DNA of 63,170 bases, filler included, from Octopus bimaculoides (taxonomy: Eukaryota): assembly GCF_001194135.2 (NCBI RefSeq). It is 4 parts of 4 records of this genome, joined end to end, with 100 filler letters (N's around TTAATTAATTAA, not from the genome) between each part and the next. Parts side by side here need not be neighbours in the genome. Positions count along the whole stretch, not along the records: positions 1 to 26,919 come from NC_068989.1; positions 27,020 to 57,900 come from NC_068988.1; 2 more parts are not named here. The stretch is one strand, 5' to 3'. A program made the position numbers and the translations under genes. Each line of letters opens with the position of its first letter. Position 1 is the stretch's first letter. The notes under the pieces were generated by a model. The model saw only the letters and a list, made by a program, of their open reading frames with translations, had not been told where the DNA came from and made no database searches. Of the stretch, positions 26,060-38,460 are shown one piece after another.

Positions 26060-26820
26060 TTACAGGTGGGCTGAAGATAATAATTTTAATGCTAAAAAAT
26101 TCCAAGACCTGCGGTACCAGCGTCCAAAACTGAATATGAAAATTACAGGATACACTGGTCCACAGGGCATTACAATCCCAGAGCCTAAATCAATGAGAGA
26201 CCTGGGTATCGACGTAAGTGATGATACCTCTTTCCAAGTCCACATTACCAGAATGGCGAGAAAGTGCAGACGAGTGGCTGGATGGATCCTGAGAACATTC
26301 AGAACCAGAGATACAGAAATAGTAATGGTCCTTAACAGCGGACCTTGAAGCAATCCAGCGAAGCTTTACAAAGAAGATCATCTCTTTGCAACAGCTCAGC
26401 TACTGGGAAAGACTAAAACAGCTAAGACTCTACTCCCTGGAGCGAAGGCGGGAGAGGTATGCAGTAATATATATCTGGAAGATCCTGGAAGGAATTGTGC
26501 CAAATTTTGGCATTGGCAGCTACATCAATGCCAGAAGGGGAAGTCACTGCAGAACTGCTTTTTAATATTGTCCCAAAGACCCTGAGGAACATGCAAAAAG
26601 TAGATGTAGGTGTTTTTAAATCAAGGCTGGATTTTTTCCTGTCGAGAGTCCCAGACGAACCTACATCAGGGCAAGAGGTGAAAATGAGGGTTGCTACACC
26701 AAACTCTACTCTTCACCATGTGTCACATATTAGAGGAGGATCTCAGTAATAACAGTGTAGCAAAACGGTGGTGCTCCAGCCTGGCCACAGCTCTGAGCTG
26801 AAACTAAAAGAAAAGATATA
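26060..26820 (+). mobile_element. CR1/L2-type LINE 3' fragment (RT end and 3' UTR)
   Basis: MRDLGIDVSDDTSFQVHITRMARKCRRVAGWILRTF, YWERLKQLRLYSLERRRERY, LFNIVPKTLRN..FKSRLDFFLSRVPDEP. Confidence 0.88.
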
Positions 26821-26863
26821 TATATCTATAAATTTGTATATGTGTATGAATAATACGTATATG

Positions 26864-26919
<56 letters not shown>

Positions 26920-27019
26920 NNNNNNNNNNNNNNNNNNNNNNNNNNNNNNNNNNNNNNNNNNNNTTAATTAATTAANNNNNNNNNNNNNNNNNNNNNNNNN
27001 NNNNNNNNNNNNNNNNNNN

Positions 27020-27170
27020 TCGATGCCTCGACATCACAACTAGTGATCAGCTCTGCCAAACTCAGCCTCCCTCACTTTCACATACAGAACTTTTCTTATT
27101 GTGTACCCAAGATCTGGTATAATTGCTCACGTGTCATTGACTCTTTCTCTGCTGTAATATTTCACATACA
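27020..27170 (+). mobile_element. Possible L2/CR1 3' remnant
   Basis: HIQNFSYCVPKIWYNC resembles the FS.R.P..WN.LP motif at the end of CR1/L2 RT. Confidence 0.4.
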
Positions 27171-29136
27171 CACATGTATCACTCACATACACACTTTTCT
27201 TTGTATGACGGCCTGTCTTTGATTATGTTATTATATGTCGCATTCACACTCTCACACAGACATACATCTTTAACGCTACAATAAATATATCTGTTATTCA
27301 TCTAATACGGTTGTGGTCTTTCATTACTGGTCATCTATGTTATTGTAGCATAACATATCATATATATCATCATTGATATATATATTTGTATGTTCGACCG
27401 TGTGACGCGTTCAAATAAAAGGAGTCCTCTGTTTTTCCATTCGTCACCATATCTCCTTTTATGAGTTCGCACGGTCGTCCCTAACATATATATATATATT
27501 AAAAGAAATACAAATAATAGGACAAGAGCGCAAAACATCCAGACAGCTAGTTGATACAAAACAGGGACAACAAAACATCCAGACAGACAGATGATACAAA
27601 AAGAGAGACAAAAAAAAAAAAAAAAACACGGACGGGTCATTCAAAGTTTTCTTTCCTCAGTCAAGTTCCAGATAAGCAACACGATATCCAGAGGTGCTGC
27701 AGTACGACTATTTCAAGCGGCTCCATTTAATTGAACAATGCGATCATTACATCAATTTAAACACATGGCTATCTTCAGCTGCAAAAATAAATAAATAGAA
27801 TTTTTTTAATCAGTCAGACACATTTGTATAATTTTACTTAAATCCTCTAAAAAGGTAAAAAGACAAAGTCCATGTTGTTGTCACTTCAGCTTAGTTTCTA
27901 AGACATAAGGAAAAAATCTGTTTGGGTCATAGCTTGTCACTTTTAATTTATTAAATCTTGTTTATCAAATCTTTGTATATCAAACCTGAGACTAGAGAAT
28001 AGTGTCAGTTAGGAAAGGGCATGAGGGAGTTGACAGAATCATAGTGGGTATAGTCATAAAACTTGTCAAGATTATTTTGAAGCAGTATAAAGTAACTGGC
28101 TATAATGAGGTTGGGTAGTGGAAGACCTCAAATCAAGTTGTTAATTACCAACATTTTTTTATGTAGTGTTTTTGGTACCGAAACACTTTCAAACTTCGTA
28201 TACTTGTATATTTTGTGGTATACAACAGATAATAAATTTTGTATTCGAAGTTATTTCACGTTAAAAATTGTCTTATTTCGATAATTTCAACTAATCACTG
28301 ACGTCTATTCAGTTGAATACAGTAACTGCTGTGATGGTGTATATGGTATTAATCCCCTTTAGTTCTGACATTTCCGATTAACTAGACTGTTCGTAAACAA
28401 AGGGGAAAAAGCCATCAAAGTACTTGAATATTGCCTGCACTTGTTATTGGAGCTNNNNNNNNNNNNNNNNNNNNNNNNNNNNNNNNNNNNNNNNNNNNNN
28501 NNNNNNNNNNNNNNNNNNNNNNNNNNNNNNNNNNNNNNNNNNNNNNNNNNNNNNNNNNNNNNNNNNNNNNNNNNNNNNNNNNNNNNNNNNNNNNNNNNNN
28601 NNNNNNNNNNNNNNNNNNNNNNNNNNNNNNNNNNNNNNNNNNNNNNNNNNNNNNNNNNNNNNNNNNNNNNNNNNNNNNNNNNNNNNNNNNNNNNNNNNNN
28701 NNNNNNNNNNNNNNNNNNNNNNNNNNNNNNNNNNNNNNNNNNNNNNNNNNNNNNNNNNNNNNNNNNNNNNNNNNNNNNNNNNNNNNNNNNTATGACAACT
28801 TTAACATGAAATAACTTGCGATGTACGTTTTTTTGTTAAGAAGGCTAAGAGGAAAAATTGTTTTGTATGACACATTCTACCAGTGTCCCAAGTTTGAAAG
28901 TGTTTCGTTAAGAAAACAAGTGTTGCCCGTCAAATCACAAAGAGCCGGGCAAGATGCTAATAAAACCAATGATGATAATACAGAGGAAATTTTATCATGG
29001 GATACTATAGGTGATTGATTTAAACAATATTGTTTTATTGCATAAAGATAAAATATGGGGTTATTAAGAAAAATGTTATAACCACAAAAATGAATTTTGA
29101 ATATATACCAAAATTTTCAACAACCGAGAGAGAAAA

Positions 29137-29456
29137 ATTACATAGAATTAGTTTAATATTCATTCATATACTTAATTATTCACTTATTAGGTAGTTTCTA
29201 TAAAGACTGATCACAGGGAGTTATTAAAGGAATACTGGGGCGATAGAACATGCTAACTATATATTAATTATAATCTATGAGGTTTATTATAAGTTGTGAA
29301 GTTACCAGTGCTATTATATACAAGCTAATATAAATGTCTAGGGGTACAAAATTAGGAGGTTTACTTACATAAAGGCTAATAAAGATAATAATATGATCAG
29401 TAGGGTAGAACACCATAGAAAAGAATAAATAGTTTAATCACTAAAACCATGATGAA

Positions 29457-29491
<35 letters not shown>

Positions 29492-29832
29492 ATATTTATC
29501 AACAATAGAAAGAGAAGATTATATAGAATTTGTTTCATAATTCTATCATTATACATAATTATTTACTTATTCGGTGATATCTATAAAGATTGATCACTGG
29601 TATTTACTAAAGGAATATTGGGGAGATAGAACATGCTAACTATACATTAATTATAAGCTAAGAGGTAATATATAAGTTGTAAAGTTTTCGGTGCTAAATA
29701 CATACACGATAATATAGTTTGCTAAGAGGACTACTAACATAAAGGCCTTTATAAAAATAATAATATGATCAGAAGAGTGCAATGCTATAGAAAGGAATAA
29801 ATAGTATAATTACTAAAACCATGATAAAGTTA
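29137..29832. repeat. Diverged tandem duplication (~320 bp x 2) separated by (TA)n
   Basis: Shared colinear anchors CTATAAAGA.TGATCAC, GATAGAACATGCTAACTATA, AACATAAAGGC, ATAATATGATCAG and CTAAAACCATGAT. Confidence 0.85.
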
Positions 29833-30419
29833 GACTAACTATATATAAGGTGGGGGCAAAGCTTGGTAACCGGGGTAAAATGAATAATTTCTGATTTCTC
29901 GTCATTTTCTCCCTGCTGGTTGAAATCATAACATTGCCGATATTGCATCATTACTAAGTACTGTAGCATTGTGTTTAGGAGCTAGAATTGGTCAGCATAA
30001 TTGTTGTCGAAGTTGAGGTACTTCTTCTATTCAAGAAATTTTTCTTCATCTTTCAACTCAATTGTAATTGAGGTTGTTATAAAACATCTGAATAAATGGG
30101 GGTATTTAACGATCAATATTCTTTTCTGTGTTGGATTCCAAGTAATTTTTTTCCCACACTAATGTTTAATTTCATAATTTTCAAGTTTCAAAATATGTTT
30201 AAATTGGGGTAAAATGGGTAATGTCTAATTGCAATAATTTCTTCTCGTTAACTGCATGGTATGTAAATAGATCACAAAGAGAAACACTTCAGCAGATCCT
30301 GAAGAAGCAATAAAGGATACTTTTTGTTGGGTTTTTTATTTAGTCGAGTCTCATAATTTCATACCATGTGCAATTTTTCCCTGAACCTCCTTCATTTGAC
30401 CTAGATATTTTATTTTATT

Positions 30420-30486
30420 TCTTCTTCTTCTTCTTCTTCTTCTTCTTCTTCTTCTTCTTCTTCTTCTTCTTCTTCTTCTTCTTCTT

Positions 30487-30545
<59 letters not shown>

Positions 30546-30664
30546 CATTATCATCATTATTATTATTATTATTATTATTACTATTATCATCATTATTATT
30601 ATTATTATCATCATCATCATCATCATTATTATCATTATTATCATTATTATTATTATTATCACAA

Positions 30665-30696
<32 letters not shown>

Positions 30697-31089
30697 NNNN
30701 NNNNNNNNNNNNNNNNNNNNNNNNNNNNNNNNNNNNNNNNNNNNNNNNNNNNNNNNNNNNNNNNNNNNNNNNNNNNNNNNNNNNNNNNNNNNNNNNNNNN
30801 NNNNNNNNNNNNNNNNNNNNNNNNNNNNNNNNNNNNNNNNNNNNNNNNNNNNNNNNNNNNNNNNNNNNNNNNNNNNNNNNNNNNNNNNNNNNNNNNNNNN
30901 NNNNNNNNNNNNNNNNNNNNNNNNNNNNNNNNNNNNNNNNNNNNNNNNNNNNNNNNNNNNNNNNNNNNNNNNNNNNNNNNNNNNNNNNNNNNNNNNCATC
31001 ATCATCATCATTATTATTTTATTATTATTATTATTATTATTATTATCATTATTATTATTATTATTATTATTATCATCATCATCATTATT

Positions 31090-31154
<65 letters not shown>

Positions 31155-31171
31155 CATCATCATCATTATTA

Positions 31172-31214
<43 letters not shown>

Positions 31215-31262
31215 CATCATCATTATCATCATCATTATTATTATTATTATTATTTTTATTTA
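30420..31262. repeat. Trinucleotide mosaic (TTC)n/(TTA)n/(TCA)n spanning a gap
   Basis: Direct reading; explains the homopolymer ORFs in the track. Confidence 0.97.
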
Positions 31263-31554
31263 TTTATTTATTAATATATTTATTTATTTATTTTGTATCT
31301 CTGATCTTTCTGATGTCTAGAGATGGACATTGATGCATATGAGTCTGTTTCTGGAGAAGTAAAGCAAGAAACATACCTATCTTGGCTTACTCATTTTGCC
31401 CCAACCAAATTTGTCATTTATATGCTCAAAGAAAACAGCGATAATTTTCTTAAATAGCAATCAGATTGTGTTGTAATGCTTTTAATGCATTTAGGAAAGG
31501 CCATTCGCTTAGCTGATATAGTTTTTGTAATGTAGTGAACAATTTAAAACTATA

Positions 31555-32025
31555 TATCAGTATGCCACTCTTATGGACATCGTCAAAAGGAACCTCGGCA
31601 CAGCTGAATTCCTGTCAGAACTGGAACCAAGAGGTCTTGATCGCAGAGATGGTAAGCGTCCCAATGGAATAACCCCACTTCCCAAATGAAGAAGGTAAAT
31701 GCCTAATCTCAGACATGATGTACTGTAACATGTTCTTTGTCTCCAGCTTTGCGGCATCGGCAACAGACCTAGGTATCTGAGTTCATAATGCAAAGCAGAA
31801 GATGTTAAACAAATAGCGGAAACTGACCGTTGCTATTTGTTTGTGTCAGTTGCCGTTGAAACCTTAAGTATTCTTGGATGCCGTACAACTGATTTCCTCC
31901 ACAAAATCTGGATAACAGCAGCTTGTCTGAGAAATGAGCCCCGTGAGGTAGAGTGGTTGTTGCAGCGAGTGTTGCTGGTCATTTTCCGAAGCAACGCCTT
32001 TGCAGTTATGTCCAAGTGGCGTAGC
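31555..32025 (+). mobile_element. CRE-clade non-LTR element, restriction-like endonuclease fragment
   Basis: HATLMDIVKRNLGTAEFLSELEPRGLDRRDGKRPNGITP, then VAVETLSILG..EPREVEWLLQRVLLVIFRSNA. Confidence 0.8.
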
Positions 32026-32145
32026 TGGACACACCATTTGGACAGCAAAGTACAGGCTGTTACTCCCTCCCCACCATCTTTTGCTGACTAAATCCCCTAG
32101 CTCCCTTTTCCCATTTTCTTTGTTTCCTTGTTACTGAATATTTAA

Positions 32146-32366
32146 CCCTTTAGTGTTCAGATTAATCTGTTAAATGTAATACTTTTTTCACTCAAATTGT
32201 TTTGAATTAATCATGCATTATCTTACAGCTTTGAAGTTTCGATGGTGTGATAGTTTATTCTTAGAATGTCAATGTAGGTTAGGTGTGAGGGGCTAGGTAT
32301 GGCCAGTTTGAATTTAAAACACGTAGAATATTTGGGCCGGATATGGCTGGCTTAAACACCAAAGGG
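32146..32366. mobile_element. piggyBac-type MITE
   Basis: TTAA-CCCTTTAGTGTT ... AACACCAAAGGG-TTAA; related sequence in reverse orientation at ~57560-57878. Confidence 0.85.
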
Positions 32367-32643
32367 TTAAGCACACCGGATGATCATGGGAAACACTTTA
32401 TTGCATTATGTTCGAAACATCAGATGTCTGGGCATTTAATAGACATTTGATATCTGTAAGATAATGCAATAAAATGTTCTCATGATGATCCGTTCTGATT
32501 AAGTGTCCAGTTACAATTGGAACATTCAATGCTAAGATTCCAAACAACCACAACGATGAAATGTACATAGGGAACAAATAATTTAAAATAGAGTTTATCA
32601 TAATTTTCCCTAGATTTGCTCTCTTTATCACAAGCTGTAAAAT

Positions 32644-32684
<41 letters not shown>

Positions 32685-33922
32685 GTAACCTCGTGGATAT
32701 CGATGGCGATTTTTTCTTCCTCCGTTTTTCCCTTCTTTGGACTTTCTTTGTTTCCGACGANNNNNNNNNNNNNNNNNNNNNNNNNNNNNNNNNNNNNNNN
32801 NNNNNNNNNNNNNNNNNNNNNNNNNNNNNNNNNNNNNNNNNNNNNNNNNNNNNNNNNNNNNNNNNNNNNNNNNNNNNNNNNNNNNNNNNNNNNNNNNNNN
32901 NNNNNNNNNNNNNNNNNNNNNNNNNNNNNNNNNNNNNNNNNNNNNNNNNNNNNNNNNNNNNNNNNNNNNNNNNNNNNNNNNNNNNNNNNNNNNNNNNNNN
33001 NNNNNNNNNNNNNNNNNNNNNNNNNNNNNNNNNNNNNNNNNNNNNNNNNNNNNNNNNNNNNNNNNNNNNNNNNNNNNNNNNNNNNNNNNNNNNNNNNNNN
33101 NNNNNNNNNNNNNNNNNNNNNNNNNNNNNNNNNNNNNNNNNNNNNNNNNNNNNNNNNNNNNNNNNNNNNNNNNNNNNNNNNNNNNNNNNNNNNNNNNNNN
33201 NNNNNNNNNNNNNNNNNNNNNNNNNNNNNNNNNNNNNNNNNNNNNNNNNNNNNNNNNNNNNNNNNNNNNNNNNNNNNNNNNNNNNNNNNNNNNNNNNNNN
33301 NNNNNNNNNNNNNNNNNNNNNNNNNNNNNNNNNNNNNNNNNNNNNNNNNNNNNNNNNNNNNNNNNNNNNNNNNNNNNNNNNNNNNNNNNNNNNNNNNNNN
33401 NNNNNNAATCACAACAGTACACTGAAAGCAGACTGGATGATGATAATCTACTCGACCACCCAGTTGTACATCTGAATAGCACAACCAGCCATTGAACAAT
33501 GACAAGAATACCACTAAGAGAGACCAGCCTCTGGTACCAATTTGCTGCATCTCCCCTTCCGATCTCAGTGGCTGAAGAGGAGGTGATAACCACTCCGAAA
33601 TGCATTTATCCCTCGGTCTGGTTAGGGAAGGCTGTGAGCTGACTCAGTGTAACAAAATACAGTCAATGGCTTTCTTATGGGTTCAAATATACCTCGAGTA
33701 TATTTGAAATTTGAACTGAAACACACACACACACACACACACGCATTTTTTAAGGGGAGGTGCGAAACTGCATTACCCCCTAGTATCCATCTTTCAGTGA
33801 ATGAGGACCACCTGGTCAGAATTTCGTTGAAGTTAAAGAAGGAAACAGGACTTTGGATTTCAGATGTTCTGTATGTGTATGCACATACACACACACACAA
33901 GCACACACACGCACACACACAC

Positions 33923-33959
<37 letters not shown>

Positions 33960-34055
33960 TGATAATGACTTTTAATTACCCTTCTCTAGAGAGAGCGCGA
34001 TTTCTTTTGAAGTTGGCATGTGTGTGTGTAATGTTGCTGGTGTGTGTGTGTGTGA

Positions 34056-34117
<62 letters not shown>

Positions 34118-35392
34118 AAGAAAGAAAGATAACTGAAAGTATTTTCATTTCCTTTTTATAGTGAGTATGCGAGACAGAAAGCGCGGTGTGTATGTGAAGT
34201 TCTTTTGGCGTAGGAGTGGCTGCGTGGTAAATAGCATGCCAACGTCAAAAGAAATCGCTCTCTCTCTGTCTCTTTCGCGTTCTTTCCCACATTCCTAACC
34301 CAACACTTTTTACGGAAAATGCCGAAGTGATGCAAATAAACACAAGTCGTTTTCGGAACTAGTATCGAAAGATCGCCAAAACATCTTTTTAAAATATGAA
34401 TAGCATCAGGATAGAAGCTGAAACTATTTTTCTACGAAAGTACGCCAAAAATATAGAAGAGTTCTTTTAATGTTTATAGCCTTAATTTACAACGATTCCA
34501 AATGGGTGTGAGCTTAGCCGTGTGGTTACTTCGTAAAACTGAACTCTCTCGAATTCTTCCTACCCTAACACCGCTGGCGCTGTCTCACACTTTTAAAAAT
34601 TTTCTACCCATTCATATATATAAGAAGTATGCATCTAGCTTATCTAAAGCTACCATTACCTTATAAATGAATTAGTTTGTGATTTAAAAGACGCTTCGTT
34701 GCTACTTTTCGTAGGTGCTTCGCTCGCTGGCTCACTGGTTCATGAGTTAATAGGTCCTCTACTAGTCTTGTAATTATTTTTACGCGATATCGAAGTAGTG
34801 TGCGACCGCAGGCGCAACCCCCCGCGCTCTTATACCAGTTTTCTTCCCCATTTGCCCATTTTTCTGTAGCTTTCAGAAAAGTGTGCATGATTACCATTTC
34901 ATTTCTTTAGGCTTCCTAATTATTTATGTTAGTATCCGGGGCTGATGCAGTTTCGCGTCTCCTTGAAAAATGCATATTTTTTGAAAAGAAATTTCGGATT
35001 AAAACGTAGGAACCCGAAAATATTTTTTCAAAACACGCATTTTTGAAGGGGAGGCGCGAAACTGCATCACCCCCTGGTATCCATCTAATCGGTGAATGAG
35101 GACCTGGCTAGAATTTCGTCGAAGTTAAAGAAGGAAACACGACGATAGCTTTCTGATGTTTTGTGTGTATATGCACGTATACACACACGCACACGCACAC
35201 GCACACACGATAATGACTTAATTATATTTCTCTATCTCTCAAATGTATGTAGAAAAACATCCGGCACTGTCATGGTATTAGCTGTCAGAATTGAAAGTAG
35301 AACTGACAAGGAACGTTACTGCTGGTTTGAGTTGATTCTTTGGCTACTGACTAGCCGGAGCTATCTATCTGTCTGTCTGTCTGTCTATCTCA

Positions 35393-35426
<34 letters not shown>

Positions 35427-35786
35427 NNNNNNNNNNNNNNNNNNNNNNNNNNNNNNNNNNNNNNNNNNNNNNNNNNNNNNNNNNNNNNNNNNNNNNNNNN
35501 NNNNNNNNNNNNNNNNNNNNNNNNNNNNNNNNNNNNNNNNNNNNNNNNNNNNNNNNNNNNNNNNNNNNNNNATAAAATTATAATTTTCAACAGAGAGAAT
35601 TTATCAAAATAGAAAACAAATGAAGTTTGAAGTTTTAAAATAATAGGATCGACCACTCACGACTAGCTAGCGCGGATGCGCGACTGCGCGTTCGGGACCA
35701 CTCTGCTTTAGTAGTACCCTTTTATACTCTCTGTGTTTTCAAATGCATGGATATAGGTGTCAAATTTGTTTCAATAACTTTCGAGT

Positions 35787-35840
<54 letters not shown>

Positions 35841-37099
35841 GACAGACAGACAGATAGCTCGCTCCGGCCAGTCATGGTATTAGCTGTCAGTAGCCAAAGA
35901 ATCAACTCAAACCAGCAGTAACGTTCCTTGTCAGATTTTTCTACTTTCACGTCTGACAGCTAATACCATGACAGTGCCAAACATCCTTTTAAAATAAGAA
36001 TAACATCAAGATAGAAACTAAAACTATTTTTTCTACGAAAGTACGCCAAAAACGTAGAAGAGTTCTTTTAATGTATATAAGTTTAATTTACAAGAATTAT
36101 CTTCGTTTGTGAGCTTAGCCGTGTGGTTACTTCGTATTTAAGAACTCTCTGGAATTCTTCCTACAAAACACCACTGGCGCAGTCCCACCCTTTTTGTTTT
36201 CTACACATTCATATATATATAAAAGTATGCTAGATAATCTACCATTACCGTATAAATGAATTAGTTTGTGATTTAAAAGACACTTCTTTGCCACTTTTCG
36301 TAGGTGCTTCGCTCGCTGGCTCATTTGTCCATGAGTTAATAGGTCCTCTACTAGTCTTGTAATTATTTTTACGCATTTCAGTAGCCTTCCAATATTTGTA
36401 CTTTCACCAATATTATTTACTAGTGAAAGTCTGCATTGAAAAACACACTTTGTAATATAATTAAAACGACTATATATATAGTTTAAAATGTGCATCTGGT
36501 TTGAACGTGGGGGCTTAGCTATGGGGTTACTTCGTTTTATCAAATATCTAAGTAGTGTGCGACCGCAGGCGCGTATCCTTCCGCGCTCTTTTACCAGTTT
36601 TTCTTCCCCACTTCCCCATTTTTCTGTAGCTTTCAAAAAGTGTGCATGATTACCATTTCATTTCTTTAGTTTTCGTCATTTTCTATATAACTTCTGGTTA
36701 TCTTTTTCTGTTTTTATTATCCACATTTAATTTCCTTGTGGAATTCTTCCAGCCCTGGCACCACTGGCGCTGTCTCACGCTTTTTGCTTTTCTTTACGCG
36801 TATACATACATAAAAGTACGTTTGATAAGCTACGATTACCGTATAAATGCAGTAGTTTGTGATTTAAAAGAGATTTAGCTGCTATTTTTCGTAGGTGCTT
36901 CGCTCGCTGGCTCATTAGTTCATGTTTTAATAGGTCCTCCACTAGACTTTTAATTATTTTTACGCATTTCAGAAACCTGTTCGATAAAACTATCTTCGAA
37001 TATTTGTATCTTCACGGGGTAAAAATGTCACCAATATTATTACTAGTAAAAGTCTGCACTGCAGAACACACGTTTGAAGTAATATACCTGCATATATAT

Positions 37100-37258
37100 T
37101 CGTCTGTCTTTACGTTCTGAGTTCAAATTCCGCCGAGGTCGACTTTGCCTTTCATCCTTTCGGGATCGATAAATTAAGTACCAGTTGCATACTGGGATCG
37201 ATTTAATCGACTGGCCCCCTCCCCCAAAATTTCAGGCCTTGTGCCTAGAGTAGAAAAG
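37100..37258 (+). mobile_element. SINE family A
   Basis: TTCTGAGTTCAAATTCCGCCGAGGTCGACTTTGCCTTTCATCCTTTCGG. Confidence 0.9.
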
Positions 37259-37859
37259 TGTATATATAGAAAACGACAATATGTATTTTAAAATGTGCAC
37301 CAGGTGTGAGCGTGGGAGCTTAGCTAAGTGGTTACTTCGTTTTATCAAATATTCAAGTAGGTGTTTCAAACTTGTGCCACCAAAGGCGCAATGTCACGCA
37401 CTCTTTTCCCTGTTTTCTTCTCCACCTCCATTCTTCTGTAGGTTCCAGATATATGTGAAGCTGGCTGAAGTGATGTGCCATATCACGTCGATATGAAGTA
37501 GCCCACTACCGAATGTAGCGTGTAGATGTAACGCTTAAAGGTTATCGCGTCGGATTAACCAGTGAACATCGAAGAATCAACACCAAGAGGAAGAAATATT
37601 ATTTACATATATTTCTTCGTGATTTGCCCGACAGGTAGTTAAAGAGACGGTAGCAATTCTAGTGATAGTGGCAACAAGGTTGGCTCGATGGTTAGTAGTT
37701 GATAGTGTAGAAGTTGCTGTCTGTCAGTAGATTGTGAAAGAGTAAGGAATGCACGGTGCTAACTAGAAAGGAAGAAAAGATAAAGGTGGCATCGTCTTTC
37801 AGACACACACATATATACATAAAGAGAGAAAGAGAGGGGAGGGGAGAGAGCGATACGCC

Positions 37860-37992
37860 GGGCTTCTTTCAATTTCCGTATACCAAATCCGCTCACGAGG
37901 TTTTAGACATCCCGAGACTAGAGTAGAAGACATTTGACCAAGGTGCCATGCAGTGGGATCGAACTCAAACCATGTGATTGGGAAGCAAGCTT
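37860..37992 (-). mobile_element. SINE family B
   Basis: Homologous to the reverse complement of 50160-50300. Confidence 0.8.
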
Positions 37993-38005
37993 GTTATCAA
38001 ACATG

Positions 38006-38236
38006 TTTCTTATTTCTTTATTGCTCACAAAGGGCTAAACATAGTGGGGTCAAACAAGGACAGACAAAGGGATTAAGTCGATTAGATCGACTCCAGTGCG
38101 TAACTGGTACTTAATTTATCGATTCCGAAAAGATGAAAGGCAAAGTCGACCTCAGCGGAATTTGAACTCAGAACGGCAGACGAAATACCACTAAGCATTT
38201 CGCCCTGCGCGCTAACGTTTCTGCCAGCTCGCCGCC
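38006..38236 (-). mobile_element. SINE family A, near full length
   Basis: Minus strand GGCGGCGAGCTGGCAGAAACGTTAGCGCG..GAGTTCAAATTCC. Confidence 0.9.
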
Positions 38237-38391
38237 TTGTTTCTGCACACACACACATACACACACACGGGTGAACGCAGCCAATGATATAATGAGATAT
38301 TGGGTAATCACGTAAGGGACATAACTCTATGTATTGTGGAAAAATTCATGAGGTGGTTTTGATCCGAAAGAGCGATCTAAGTAGGTTATAG

Positions 38392-38460
38392 GGCATAACT
38401 ACAGGGTTTTACCCCCACCCACACTTTGGGAGGTCATAAGTAAAACCCTGTAGTTATGCC
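38392..38460. other. Perfect 21-bp inverted repeat with 27-nt loop
   Basis: GGCATAACTACAGGGTTTTAC (38392-38412) / GTAAAACCCTGTAGTTATGCC (38440-38460). Confidence 0.95.

Noticed and set aside
26964-26975. TTAATTAATTAA palindrome inside an N-run (also ~57945 and ~61353)
   Set aside because: Six-frame-stop spacer placed by the assembly between contigs; not biological, and it means distances across these gaps are unknown
27630-27680. Third hammerhead-like motif on the minus strand (CTGAGGA-AAG-AAAA-CTT-TGAA)
   Set aside because: GAAA core and stems I/III do not fit; too degenerate to call
29137-29832. Nuclear mitochondrial insertion
   Set aside because: AT-rich, but no mitochondrial protein, rRNA or tRNA motif recognised in any frame
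32646-33605. ORF ends flanking the 32761-33407 gap (RRKQRKSKEGK.. and MHFGVVITSS..)
   Set aside because: Short, unrecognisable and joined only through Ns
7858-35656. Long poly-X and homopolymer or dipeptide ORFs in the ORF track
   Set aside because: Produced by N gaps and microsatellites
36127-36636. 169-aa minus-strand ORF
   Set aside because: Lies in the triplicated module whose other copies have indels and stops; no recognisable domain
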